Shown here piece after piece: positions 48,483 to 58,106 of a DNA stretch of 64,000 bases. The DNA lies in contig CACDMX010000001.1 of NCBI GenBank assembly GCA_902554035.1, positions 58,243 through 122,242 on the forward strand, given 5' to 3'. Under the pieces are notes generated by a model, which saw nothing but the letters and a program-made list of their open reading frames with translations, did not search any database and had not been told where the DNA came from. How positions within the stretch are numbered: position 1 is the stretch's first letter; every line of letters starts with the position of its first letter. The position numbers were made by a program, and so were the translations under genes. The stretch comes from an uncultured Pelagibacteraceae bacterium (GTDB lineage: Bacteria; Pseudomonadota; Alphaproteobacteria; Pelagibacterales; Pelagibacteraceae).

Positions 48483-49526
48483 TTACCCAAATATTTTAGA
48501 AAAGTTTTTTCTTTGTCTATTTTTCCAATTGCCCTTATGATATGCATCACTAGCAATCAAGGGAAGAATACTTGTTGCCTCAGCAAATACCATTTGTTCT
48601 TTTGTAATATCAACTTTTCCCCAGGAACTCGCTTCTTTTAATGTTGAACTACTACATGCTCCATCACGAGAATCGGCTACAGTTATTTGTATTGCATACT
48701 TGTGCATATCTACTTCTTTTCCCAAAAGTTCAGCACATATGACAGTATCTTGAATAAAATTTTTTGGAACTCCTCCTCCAATCATAAATAAACCGGAGTC
48801 CTTAGATTTAATTTTAATTTCAGTTAGTTCTCTAAATTCTCTAATTGAATCAATTGTTAAATGATTTTTAGGATTTTTTTCTTGATGCATAACTAATCCG
48901 AATCCTGCACTTGAGTCAGTAAAAGCTGGACAAAATATTGGAACGTTATGATCATAAGCTACCTCAATTAGGGAGTCCTTCTTTTTTGAATTTTTTTTAA
49001 GAAATTTTCCTATTTCTTTAATAAATTCCCTTGAAGTATAACTTTTTGGTTCTAATGAGTCAGCTATTTCACAAATTTTCTTATCACAAACTTGCAATTC
49101 ATCTTCATCAATATAAGTGTCATATATTCTATCTATATAATTTTTTCTTAATTCTGAATCATTTTGAAATTGGGAACCTTGATAGTGTTTGAAACCTAAA
49201 GCTTCAAAAAAATCCATATCAATTATTGAGGCACCAGTTGCAACTATAGCATCTACCATGTTGTACTTTACTAAATCTTTATAAATACTCATACAGCCAG
49301 CTGCAGATGTTGAACCTGCAAGAGTGAGGAATATTGTACAATCTTTATCTTGAATCATTTCATTGAATATATTAGCTGCATTCGCTGTTTCTCTTGAAAC
49401 AAAAGACATTTTTTCCATCGAGGAAATTATTTTTCTTGAGTCAAATGAAGTTATATCTATATGTTCAACTGTTTTTTTTAAAAAATCTTTTTTGCTATTA
49501 TGACCTAAGTTTTTTTTATTAGACAT
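48483..49526 (-). CDS. deoxyhypusine synthase-like protein (probable homospermidine pathway enzyme)
   Basis: IDRIYD, VPIFCPAFTDSS.G, GGGVPKN, DGACSSST..EA.SWGK with the active-site Lys, AEAT..LP. Confidence 0.9.
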   Translation of the reverse strand: MSNKKNLGHNSKKDFLKKTVEHIDITSFDSRKIISSMEKMSFVSRETANAANIFNEMIQDKDCTIFLTLAGSTSAAGCMSIYKDLVKYNMVDAIVATGASIIDMDFFEALGFKHYQGSQFQNDSELRKNYIDRIYDTYIDEDELQVCDKKICEIADSLEPKSYTSREFIKEIGKFLKKNSKKKDSLIEVAYDHNVPIFCPAFTDSSAGFGLVMHQEKNPKNHLTIDSIREFRELTEIKIKSKDSGLFMIGGGVPKNFIQDTVICAELLGKEVDMHKYAIQITVADSRDGACSSSTLKEASSWGKVDITKEQMVFAEATSILPLIASDAYHKGNWKNRQRKNFSKIFG

Positions 49527-50704
49527 TAAGCCACAAGAAACGCTTTTCCATTTTCTTTGTCATACATGCTCATTATTGGTTTGTCCTCAACCTCAAAAAT
49601 TCTATCTGAGTAAAATCCATTGAATTGAGTTCTAAAAGTTAAACCATAAGCTCCTAGCTGACCTAGTTCTATATAATCATTTTCTTTAATATTATTCGGA
49701 AGTATAAAAGGACCTTTCATATAATCCATGCTATCACATGTTGGTCCGTAAAAATCAAAAGATGTTAGTTTTTTTGATATAGCTCTTCCATTAGCAATTA
49801 GTCTTGATGGATACACTATGTTAGGTACGCCGGCGTCAAAAAGGGTCCCATATGTCCCATCGTTAATATAAAGCTTTTGTTTTTTCCTTAAATTAACCCT
49901 TACAATTGTAGAACCACTTTCAGCAACAATTGCTCTTCCTGGCTCACAAATAATTTCTGGAAGCTTATCAATTTTTAAATTATTTAAACTTTTTTTAATC
50001 TCTTCAAAATAATTGTTTAAAGATTGCGGAGCAAGATCAGGATATATTGTAGGAAAACCTCCACCGACATTTATATAATCAGGAATAATTTTTGTTTTTT
50101 TTATTATATTTCCAATTTCCATAATTCCTTTTGTGTATGAGATTGGATGCATACATTGTGATCCAACATGGAAACTTAAACCAATTTTTTTTGAATATTG
50201 TTTTGTTAATCTAAATAATCCAAGTGCTTCAGAATTTAAAGCACCAAATTTTTTTGACAAATCAATTTCAGCGTGTTCGTTGGATACAGAAATTCTCACA
50301 AACAATTCTAAATCTTTAGCGTAGTCAGTAGACTCAATTATTTTTATTAATTCATCTTTTGTATCTAATGAAAATATTTTTACACCGTATTTAAAATATG
50401 CTTCTCTTATACTTTCTCTATTTTTTACAGTATGCATAAATGAACACATTGCTGTCGGATTTATTTTTTTTATATCTTGAATTTCTTTAATTGATGCAAC
50501 ATCAAAATTATTGATTCCTGCCTGGGAAATAGTTTTTAATACTTCTGGATGAGGGTTTGTTTTCACTGCATATAGTATTTTTCCAGGAAATTTATTTTGA
50601 AAAGTCCTTGCGGCAATTTGTATCGAGTTTTTTCTGATACAATAAACAGGCTCAACAGGTTTTAGTTGACTTACAAGTTCGTCAACGCTCTTAAATTTTT
50701 GCAT
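49526..50704 (-). CDS. alanine-racemase-fold (type III PLP) basic amino acid decarboxylase, ODC family (probable ATG at 50704; ORF track uses TTG 50719)
   Basis: PLP Lys in YAVKTN, FDVAS, KFG, HVGSQ, GGGF, EPGR, GPTCDS, GAY; GGGGG SD-like run at 50713-50717. Confidence 0.9.
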   Translation of the reverse strand: MQKFKSVDELVSQLKPVEPVYCIRKNSIQIAARTFQNKFPGKILYAVKTNPHPEVLKTISQAGINNFDVASIKEIQDIKKINPTAMCSFMHTVKNRESIREAYFKYGVKIFSLDTKDELIKIIESTDYAKDLELFVRISVSNEHAEIDLSKKFGALNSEALGLFRLTKQYSKKIGLSFHVGSQCMHPISYTKGIMEIGNIIKKTKIIPDYINVGGGFPTIYPDLAPQSLNNYFEEIKKSLNNLKIDKLPEIICEPGRAIVAESGSTIVRVNLRKKQKLYINDGTYGTLFDAGVPNIVYPSRLIANGRAISKKLTSFDFYGPTCDSMDYMKGPFILPNNIKENDYIELGQLGAYGLTFRTQFNGFYSDRIFEVEDKPIMSMYDKENGKAFLVA

Positions 50705-50819
50705 CTCATATGCCCCCAAAAAAAATTTAATAAAAAAAGCATTTTAGAATTACTAAAAAACTTTATATTCGCGAACCATTAAACCAATACTTGATCAATG
50801 TAAATTAAATAATTAGGTA

Positions 50820-50847
50820 TTGAATCTCAGAAATTAACAACCATATA
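50820..50847 (+). promoter_or_regulatory. putative RpoH (sigma32)-type promoter of regA
   Basis: TTGAA (50820-50824), 16 nt, CCATATA (50841-50847); resembles alphaproteobacterial RpoH consensus. Confidence 0.45.
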
Positions 50848-50873
50848 CAGAATACTATTTATTAGAAATTAGT

Positions 50874-51437
50874 ATGCAAACAGTAGATAAAAAAGGTGAA
50901 AAAAGCTCAATAAACGATAAATTGTTGTTAATCGTTGATGATGACAATCCTTTTAGGGAGAGGCTATCTAGAGCAATGGAAAAAAAAGGATTTCAGGTTT
51001 CTCAAGCAGAGAGTGTAAAAACTGCAATAAATTCTTTAAAAAGTGTTAAACCGGCCTTCGCTGTGGTTGATTTGAGGCTTGGTGATGGAAATGGACTAGA
51101 GGTTGTAAAAGAAATACAAAAACTAAAAATTGACAGCAAGATTGTAATGTTAACAGGATATGGAAATATTCCTACAGCAGTAGCAGCAATCAAGGAAGGT
51201 GCAATTGATTACTTAGCTAAACCAGCTGATGCAGATGATGTTGAAAAAGCACTTTTAGCAGATCCTAATAAAAAGCCACCACCACCCGAAAATCCCATGT
51301 CAGCAGATAGAGTTAAGTGGGAACATATACACAGAGTTTTTGAATTGTGTAATAGAAATGTATCTGAGACTGCTAGACGATTAAAAATGCATAGAAGAAC
51401 CCTTCAAAGAATACTATCTAAAAGATCGCCTAGATAA
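50874..51437 (+). CDS. regA: RegA/PrrA/ActR redox response regulator
   Basis: VDDD, VDLRL.DG.G, TGYGNI.TAV, PPPPENPMSADRV.WEHI.RV.ELC.RNVSETARRL.MHRRTLQRIL.KR.PR signature. Confidence 0.97.
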   Translation: MQTVDKKGEKSSINDKLLLIVDDDNPFRERLSRAMEKKGFQVSQAESVKTAINSLKSVKPAFAVVDLRLGDGNGLEVVKEIQKLKIDSKIVMLTGYGNIPTAVAAIKEGAIDYLAKPADADDVEKALLADPNKKPPPPENPMSADRVKWEHIHRVFELCNRNVSETARRLKMHRRTLQRILSKRSPR

Positions 51438-51981
51438 ACTTTCTAAATTTAATCAATTTTTTTGTTAAGATTGTAAGTAAAGAAATTTTAAATAATTCAG
51501 CTAACAAAAATGGTGTTAAACCAAGTTCAATGATAGGTTTATCCCAACCAATTAGTATACCTAACCATAAAATTCCAAAAAAATAAATTACTGAAACAGA
51601 AAAAATTAATTTAAAAAAAATAAAATAAATATTCGTTTTTAAATTTAAAAAACCTGCTAAAAAAGTTGCAAATAAAAAACCAATTAAATATCCCATTGTT
51701 GGTCCTATAAAATAAACTAGCCCGACACCTTTTTCTGGGGTTCCTGCAAAAACTGGCAGACCGAATATACCTTCAAATAAATAAACAACTATTGTAGCAG
51801 TACCAACTTTCCATCCAAAGGTTACACCCATAAAAAGAACAACAAAAGTTTGCATAGTCATTGGAACTGGGTAAAAAGGAATTTTAATTTTTGCAGATAT
51901 TGCTAGCAATAAGGATCCTAATAAAACTATTAACAAATATTTTACAACTTTTTGATTTGGTATAACTTTGATATTTTCCAT
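51430..51981 (-). CDS. bioY: biotin transporter S-component
   Basis: PVPMTMQT, G..GLPVFAG, GPT.GYL.GF, PF...E..K. Confidence 0.93.
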   Translation of the reverse strand: MENIKVIPNQKVVKYLLIVLLGSLLLAISAKIKIPFYPVPMTMQTFVVLFMGVTFGWKVGTATIVVYLFEGIFGLPVFAGTPEKGVGLVYFIGPTMGYLIGFLFATFLAGFLNLKTNIYFIFFKLIFSVSVIYFFGILWLGILIGWDKPIIELGLTPFLLAELFKISLLTILTKKLIKFRKFI

Positions 51982-52014
51982 AATTTTTATTTTACTATTA
52001 TTATAATAATTAAT

Positions 52015-52953
52015 CTAGTTTTTTGTTATATTAATAAATACATCTTCTAAATCTCCATCATCACTAGAAATATCTACTATTTTTATGTTTGCTTTAATGA
52101 ATACATCAATTATTTCATTCATAGTTAATGTATTTTTTTCGTAAGATACGCAAACTTCATATTTATTATTATATATTATTTTTAGTGATTTTAAGTTAAT
52201 TTTTTCTAAATCAATTGGAGCATCAATTTTAAATGTTACTTTTTTTGTCTGAATTCTTTTTAATAAATTTTGAGTACTATCTAATGCAACCAAACTACCT
52301 TTGGTTAATATTCCTATTCGGTCACACATCTGCTCAGCTTCTTCAAGATAATGTGTTGTTAAGATTATTGTAACTCCTAATTTATTAAGTAATTTAACAC
52401 TATCCCAAAGATTCTTCCGAAGATTTATATCAACTCCAGCAGTGGGTTCATCCAAAAAAAGTATTGGTGGCTGGTGTACTAATGCTTTAGCTACTAATAG
52501 TCTTCTTTTCATTCCTCCCGACAAACTTCTGGCGTAGCTATTACTTTCATTCTCTAAAGAAACTAGTTTTAGAACAGTATCCGTAATTCTATCCTTCTTT
52601 TTAACCCCATATAATCCTGCTTGAAGTTCTAAGAGTTTTCTAGGACTAAAAAAAGGATCTAAATTTATTTCTTGGGGAACTATTCCAATAGAGGCCCTTA
52701 CTTGTCTTGGATTAACATCAAGATCAAAACCCCAAACGTTTACTTTGCCCGAGGTTTTAACTGTGGTTCCTGACAAAATATTTATAAAAGTAGTTTTACC
52801 AGCTCCATTTGGCCCTAATAGACCAAAAATTTCACCTTCTTTCACGTCTAAGTTTAAATTTTTTAAAGCATTTATACTTTTAGGACTTTTGCTAGAATTT
52901 AGAGAATAAGTTTTATTTAAGTTTTTGATTGAAAGTACATTTTTTTTTAACAT
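52015..52953 (-). CDS. ABC-2/YadG-type transporter ATP-binding protein (probable ATG at 52953)
   Basis: GPNGAGKTT, VPQE, LSGGMKRRL, LDEPTAGVD, TTHYLEEA, C-terminal LED.F. Confidence 0.9.
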   Translation of the reverse strand: MLKKNVLSIKNLNKTYSLNSSKSPKSINALKNLNLDVKEGEIFGLLGPNGAGKTTFINILSGTTVKTSGKVNVWGFDLDVNPRQVRASIGIVPQEINLDPFFSPRKLLELQAGLYGVKKKDRITDTVLKLVSLENESNSYARSLSGGMKRRLLVAKALVHQPPILFLDEPTAGVDINLRKNLWDSVKLLNKLGVTIILTTHYLEEAEQMCDRIGILTKGSLVALDSTQNLLKRIQTKKVTFKIDAPIDLEKINLKSLKIIYNNKYEVCVSYEKNTLTMNEIIDVFIKANIKIVDISSDDGDLEDVFINITKN

Positions 52954-53003
52954 TAGACTTATACACATACAACATTCACAACATTTAAGATAATATTATA
53001 TAA

Positions 53004-55769
53004 ATGGAAAAAATAAAAAAAAGTGATCATTTTTATTTAATAGATGGCTCAGGCTATATTTTTAGAGCATATTATGCTCTTCCACCATTAACTAGAAAGA
53101 GCGATGGTTTACCTGTAGGTGCGGTTAGTGGTTTCTGCAATATGTTATTTAAATTAATAGAAGACTCAAATTCTAAAGATAATTTACAAAAACCAACTCA
53201 CTTTGCAGTGATATTTGACTCTGCAAGAAAAAATTTTAGAAATGAAATTTACTCAGATTATAAGGGCAATAGAACAGATGCACCAGAAGATTTAGTACCC
53301 CAATTTGAATATATAAGAAAATCTGTAGTAGCCTTTAATTTACCTTGCGTTGAGTTAATAAACTATGAAGCTGATGATTTAATTGCAACTTATACAGATC
53401 AGGTTTTGAAATTAGGAGCGAAAGTTACAATAGTATCTTCGGATAAAGATTTAATGCAATTATACAAAAAGAATGTCCGTATTTATGACCCCATGAAAAA
53501 TAAGTTTATCAGTGATAAAGATGTTATGGATAAATTTGGTGTTGATGCAAGCAAGGTAGTTGATGTTCAATCTTTGGCAGGCGATAGTAGTGATAATGTC
53601 CCTGGTGTACCAGGAATAGGAGTTAAAACAGCAGCTGAATTAATTAATCATTATGGAACATTAGAAAAATTATTGAATAGAGCCGATGAAATCAAACAAA
53701 ACAAAAGAAGAGAAACAATAATTACAAACAAAGATAAAGCTTTAATAAGTAAAAAACTTGTTACTCTAGAAAAAAAAGTTCCAGTCAAAAATAAAATTGA
53801 AGAATTTAAAATTAAGCCTGTAGACAAAGATAAACTTTATAAATTTTTAAGAGAAATGGAATTTAATCGTCTACTTAGTTCAGTTATATCTGCTTATGGT
53901 GAACCAAATCTGTTTAAAAATAATAAAACTTCTGGCTTGGAAGAAAAACAAATATCTATAAGCAAAAAAAATTATTACCTGATTAATAAAGAAAGCGAAA
54001 TAGATAAATGGCTAAAAGATGCTGAGGAAAATGGTGAAGTTGCAATTGATACAGAAACAACATCTTTGAATCCTCATTTAGCAGATTTAGTAGGTATTTC
54101 TCTTAGCACAAAAATTGGCAGTGCATGTTATATTCCAATAGGTCATAAAAAAGGCCAATGTTTAAATCAAGAAAAAGTTATTAAAAAATTAAAACCAGTT
54201 TTAGAAGACAAAAGTATAAAAAAAATTGGTCAAAATATAAAATTTGACTTTATTATTTTAAAGCATCGTGGAATTGAAATGAATTCTATGGAGGATACAA
54301 TGTTAATGTCATATGTCCTTGATGCTGGAAAAAATAGACATAATATGGATACGCTTTCAGAAATTCATTTAAATCACAAGACCATAGCTTTTAAAGATTT
54401 AGTTGGATCAGGAAAAAAAGAAATTAATTTTAGCGAAGTTGAGATAAGCAAAGCAATGCTTTACGCAGCTGAAGATGCTGACATCACATATAGACTTTAT
54501 AAAATTTTTCTCAAAAATTTAAAAATAGAAAAGTTAATGAATATTTATGAATTATTTGAAAAACCTTTAATTAAAATATTAGCAGATATGGAAATTAATG
54601 GAGTAAAAGTTAACAGTAGCTTTCTGCTAAATTTATCTGAAAAATTTGGTAAGAAAATTGAAAAACTGGAAGATGAAATTTATAAATTAGCAAATAAAAA
54701 ATTTAATATTGCTTCTCCAAAACAACTTGGAGAAATAATATATAATGATTTAAAAATTGCTGTATTAAAAAGAACAAAGAAAGGAAGCTTTGCTACTAGT
54801 GCGAACGTTCTTGAAGACTTATCTTTTAAAGGACATAAATTTCCAAAGCTAATTTTGGATTGGAGGCAAGTTTCGAAGTTAAAAAATACATATTCCGACT
54901 CATTAAGGGAACACATTAATCCTAAAACGAAAAGAGTGCACTCCTCTTTTTTATTGGCAGCTACAACTACTGGAAGACTTGCCTCTAGTGACCCAAATTT
55001 ACAAAATATTCCTATCAAGTCAGACGATGGAAAAGAAATTAGGAAAGCTTTTGTAGCTGAAAAAGGTTTCACACTTATTTCTGCGGATTATAATCAAATA
55101 GAAATGAGAATTTTAGCAGACCTAGCAGATGTAAAAGAATTAAAGAAAGCTTTTAAAAAAAATGAGGATATTCATTCTTTAACAGCCAGTGAAGTATTTA
55201 ATGTTGATATTAATAAAGTTGATCAAAATACTAGAAGGAAAGCAAAAGCAATTAATTTTGGAATTATATATGGTATTTCACAATATGGCTTAGCAAAACA
55301 AATTATGGTTTCTAGTGAGGAGGCACAAAGTTTTTTAAATTCCTATTTTTTAAAATTCCCTGAAATTAAAAATTATATGGATAAAACAATTAAATTTTGT
55401 AGAAAAACCGGTTATGTAAATAATATATTTGGAAGAAGATCATATATTTCCGGAATTAATGATAAAAATTATAATATTAGAAACTTTCAAGAAAGAGCAG
55501 CTATTAATGCTCCAATCCAAGGCTCTGCGGCAGAAATTATGAGACTAGCAATGATAAGATTGAGTAAAAAAATTAAAAATATTAAAATTAAAATGCTTCT
55601 ACAAATACATGATGAGCTTATTTTTGAAGTTCCAAATAATGATGTAAAGACTTTAACTGAAGTAATTAAAGAGGAAATGATTAGTGTAAAAGATAGTGAT
55701 TTACATTCTTTTAGCACCCCTTTAACAGTAGATATAAATACAGGAGACAATTGGGGTATACTTCATTAA
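53004..55769 (+). CDS. polA: DNA polymerase I
   Basis: 5'-3' exo (DGS..FRAY, EADD, GD.SDN.PG), 3'-5' exo (DTET, NIKFD, YAAED), Pol motifs DYNQIEMR, R..AK.INFG..YG, QIHDE. Confidence 0.99.
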   Translation: MEKIKKSDHFYLIDGSGYIFRAYYALPPLTRKSDGLPVGAVSGFCNMLFKLIEDSNSKDNLQKPTHFAVIFDSARKNFRNEIYSDYKGNRTDAPEDLVPQFEYIRKSVVAFNLPCVELINYEADDLIATYTDQVLKLGAKVTIVSSDKDLMQLYKKNVRIYDPMKNKFISDKDVMDKFGVDASKVVDVQSLAGDSSDNVPGVPGIGVKTAAELINHYGTLEKLLNRADEIKQNKRRETIITNKDKALISKKLVTLEKKVPVKNKIEEFKIKPVDKDKLYKFLREMEFNRLLSSVISAYGEPNLFKNNKTSGLEEKQISISKKNYYLINKESEIDKWLKDAEENGEVAIDTETTSLNPHLADLVGISLSTKIGSACYIPIGHKKGQCLNQEKVIKKLKPVLEDKSIKKIGQNIKFDFIILKHRGIEMNSMEDTMLMSYVLDAGKNRHNMDTLSEIHLNHKTIAFKDLVGSGKKEINFSEVEISKAMLYAAEDADITYRLYKIFLKNLKIEKLMNIYELFEKPLIKILADMEINGVKVNSSFLLNLSEKFGKKIEKLEDEIYKLANKKFNIASPKQLGEIIYNDLKIAVLKRTKKGSFATSANVLEDLSFKGHKFPKLILDWRQVSKLKNTYSDSLREHINPKTKRVHSSFLLAATTTGRLASSDPNLQNIPIKSDDGKEIRKAFVAEKGFTLISADYNQIEMRILADLADVKELKKAFKKNEDIHSLTASEVFNVDINKVDQNTRRKAKAINFGIIYGISQYGLAKQIMVSSEEAQSFLNSYFLKFPEIKNYMDKTIKFCRKTGYVNNIFGRRSYISGINDKNYNIRNFQERAAINAPIQGSAAEIMRLAMIRLSKKIKNIKIKMLLQIHDELIFEVPNNDVKTLTEVIKEEMISVKDSDLHSFSTPLTVDINTGDNWGILH

Positions 55770-55821
55770 TAAAGGGGTATTGCCCAAATTAAAACAATTT
55801 AGTATTTTTATATTAGTTCAT

Positions 55822-56523
55822 ATGAAACAAACTATCGCTCTAATAGATGATGACAGAAATATTCTTACAAGTATAAGTATAGCACTTGAAAAAGAAGGAT
55901 ATAATGTTCAAACCTATCTAGACGGCGAAAGTGCACTAATTGGTCTTACAAGAACACCACCTGATCTAGCAGTAGTAGATATAAAGATGCCAAAAATGGA
56001 TGGAGAAGAGCTTTTAAAAAAATTAAGAAAAAAAACTTCTTTACCAGTTATTTTTTTAACTTCAAAGGATGATGAGGTAGATGAATTATTAGGACTTAAA
56101 CTGGGGGCAGATGATTTTGTAAAAAAATCTGGGGGTTTTTCAATTAAAGTTTTAATCGAAAGAATCAGAGTTCAATTAAGAAAAAAAAATATTAATATTA
56201 TAGATGATAACAAAAATATCATTTCTCATGGAAAATTAAAATTAGATCCATCCCAATTAGAATGTGAGTGGGCAGGAAAACAGCTGCCAGATAAATTAAC
56301 AACTACAGAATTCCTGATTGTACAAGAACTTGCTAAAAGGCCAGGAATTATAAAAGAAAGATCACAATTAATGGATATAGCGTATAGAGAGGATACTGAT
56401 ATAGAAGACAGAACTATAGATAGTCACGTTAAAAGAATAAGAAAAAAATTCAAAAAAATAGATGAAAACTTTTCTGCGATAGAAACTAGATATGGTAGTG
56501 GATACAGGTGGAATGTTAGTTAA
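55822..56523 (+). CDS. chvI: OmpR-family response regulator ChvI (ATG 55822 preferred over TTG 55780)
   Basis: IAL.DDDRNILTS, DIKMP.MDG.ELL, FLTSKDDE.DE, DRTIDSH.KR.RKKF. Confidence 0.92.
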   Translation: MKQTIALIDDDRNILTSISIALEKEGYNVQTYLDGESALIGLTRTPPDLAVVDIKMPKMDGEELLKKLRKKTSLPVIFLTSKDDEVDELLGLKLGADDFVKKSGGFSIKVLIERIRVQLRKKNINIIDDNKNIISHGKLKLDPSQLECEWAGKQLPDKLTTTEFLIVQELAKRPGIIKERSQLMDIAYREDTDIEDRTIDSHVKRIRKKFKKIDENFSAIETRYGSGYRWNVS

Positions 56524-58061
56524 TGTTCAATGCTTTAATTAAAAATTTTTCAATATTAAAAAAATTTCTATTTGTAAATTTACTTTTTTTTATAATAATT
56601 GGGACTTTTACGATACTTTATTTAAGTAACGTTCAACCTAATTTAATAAAAAAAAAAGCCGCTAATCATATCCAGATTATTGATAATACAATAAACCATA
56701 TAGATAGATTGAACATTAAGTTTAATGAACAAGATATAAGAAAATTTTTATTTTCTACAAGATTTCTTTTTCAAAATTTAGATAGAGTTATTTTTTTTGA
56801 CAGTAAATATAAATTAATTGGAGACTCAGATACTCTTGATCTTGATCCAAGATCATTTTCACAAAGATTAGATTCAATTGAACTTGAACAAATAGACCAA
56901 AAAAATTTAAAAAAAAAAAAAATAATTAAAAAATTAAAAAATAAAAATAAATCTTCTCCAGAAAATGTTTTGATCAATTATGATAAGTCAAAGGAATTTG
57001 GAAAACCTTATACTTATGTTCAAGAAAATTATAATCAGTTTTTATTAACTACGATTAAAAACATTAATATTAAAGCAAATAATATTGGATTTATTATGAT
57101 AACAGAAAATGCAAATGATATTAAAAACGCAATAAACGAAAGAAAAACTTTTGTAATAAGAACAGCAGTAATAGTTGCAATAGTTATTTTAATTTTTTCT
57201 ATAATATTAAATAGGTATTTTTTAAAACCTATAAAAAATTTAGTTGATTATACAAAAATTGTAAAAGAAAAAAGTAAGAAAAAAACAAATATTGACATAT
57301 TAAAAAATAGAAATGATGAGCTTGGAACTTTATCAACTTCGTTAGATGATATGACTAATAACTTACAAAAAAGAATTCAAAATGCTGAAAATTTTTCAAC
57401 AGATTTAGTTCATGAAATCAGAAATCCATTAGCCTCATTAAAAAGTGCAACAGAAATATTAAATGACACAAGTAATAAATCAGAAAGGCTAAAGTTATTA
57501 AATATTCTTAATCACGATATCCAAAGAATTGAAAGATTAATCACAGACTACTCTCAAATGCTTAAGGACGAGGTTGCTTTAAGTAAAGAAAAAATGAATA
57601 TAATTGATCTTAAATCAATCGTTAGCTCTGTAGTTGATGACTTTAATAGCATTTATGAAACAAAAAGGGGAATTAAAATTGAATTTGAAGACAAAAGTAA
57701 TTTAAAAGAATATAAAATTTCTGGAATTGAAAATAGAATTGAACAAATAATTGCTAATTTACTTGATAACTCTATTTCATTTACTTCTGATAACAAAAAA
57801 ATATTAGTTGAAATAAAAAAAGATAATAATAAAAACATTCTTTTAAAAGTTATTGATGAAGGGCAAGGGTTTAAAGAAAAAGATACCGACAAAATTTTTA
57901 AAAGATTTTACAGTAATAGACCTGAAAAATTTGGAGAACATTCGGGATTAGGACTTAATATTGTTAAAAATCTAGTTGATCTTCACGGAGGGTCAATAAA
58001 AGCGTCAAATAATCCCAATCAAAAAGGTGCAAATGTTGAAATTATTTTTCCTAAATCTTAA
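56523..58061 (+). CDS. chvG: sensor histidine kinase ChvG
   Basis: Two TMs, HAMP (R.DELG.L), HEIRNPLASL, NLLDNS, D.G.G, FKRFYS.RP..FG.HSGLGL. Confidence 0.9.
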   Translation: MFNALIKNFSILKKFLFVNLLFFIIIGTFTILYLSNVQPNLIKKKAANHIQIIDNTINHIDRLNIKFNEQDIRKFLFSTRFLFQNLDRVIFFDSKYKLIGDSDTLDLDPRSFSQRLDSIELEQIDQKNLKKKKIIKKLKNKNKSSPENVLINYDKSKEFGKPYTYVQENYNQFLLTTIKNINIKANNIGFIMITENANDIKNAINERKTFVIRTAVIVAIVILIFSIILNRYFLKPIKNLVDYTKIVKEKSKKKTNIDILKNRNDELGTLSTSLDDMTNNLQKRIQNAENFSTDLVHEIRNPLASLKSATEILNDTSNKSERLKLLNILNHDIQRIERLITDYSQMLKDEVALSKEKMNIIDLKSIVSSVVDDFNSIYETKRGIKIEFEDKSNLKEYKISGIENRIEQIIANLLDNSISFTSDNKKILVEIKKDNNKNILLKVIDEGQGFKEKDTDKIFKRFYSNRPEKFGEHSGLGLNIVKNLVDLHGGSIKASNNPNQKGANVEIIFPKS

Positions 58062-58106
58062 TCTAAAAGTTGATTATTTTTATTTAAATTGTTAGAAGAC
58101 GCAGCT

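Noticed and set aside
50753-50779. 8-aa uORF MVREYKVF on the minus strand upstream of the decarboxylase (SpeFL-like leader idea)
   Set aside because: No SD, its ATG overlaps the most plausible -10 box (TTTAAT 50783-50778), and it has no resemblance to known leader peptides; expected by chance.
51997-52010. 14-bp palindrome ATTATTATAATAAT upstream of bioY as a biotin-regulator operator
   Set aside because: A/T-only low-complexity sequence; does not match the BioR or BirA sites I know.
56900-56950. Long poly-A run in chvG (and many A8-A12 runs elsewhere) as phase-variation or slippage sites
   Set aside because: All frames are intact and such runs are expected from AAA-Lys codons at this AT content.
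58062-58106. Possible SAH or SAM-SAH riboswitch before ahcY
   Set aside because: Spacer is only 45 nt and AT-rich, with no recognisable aptamer stems.
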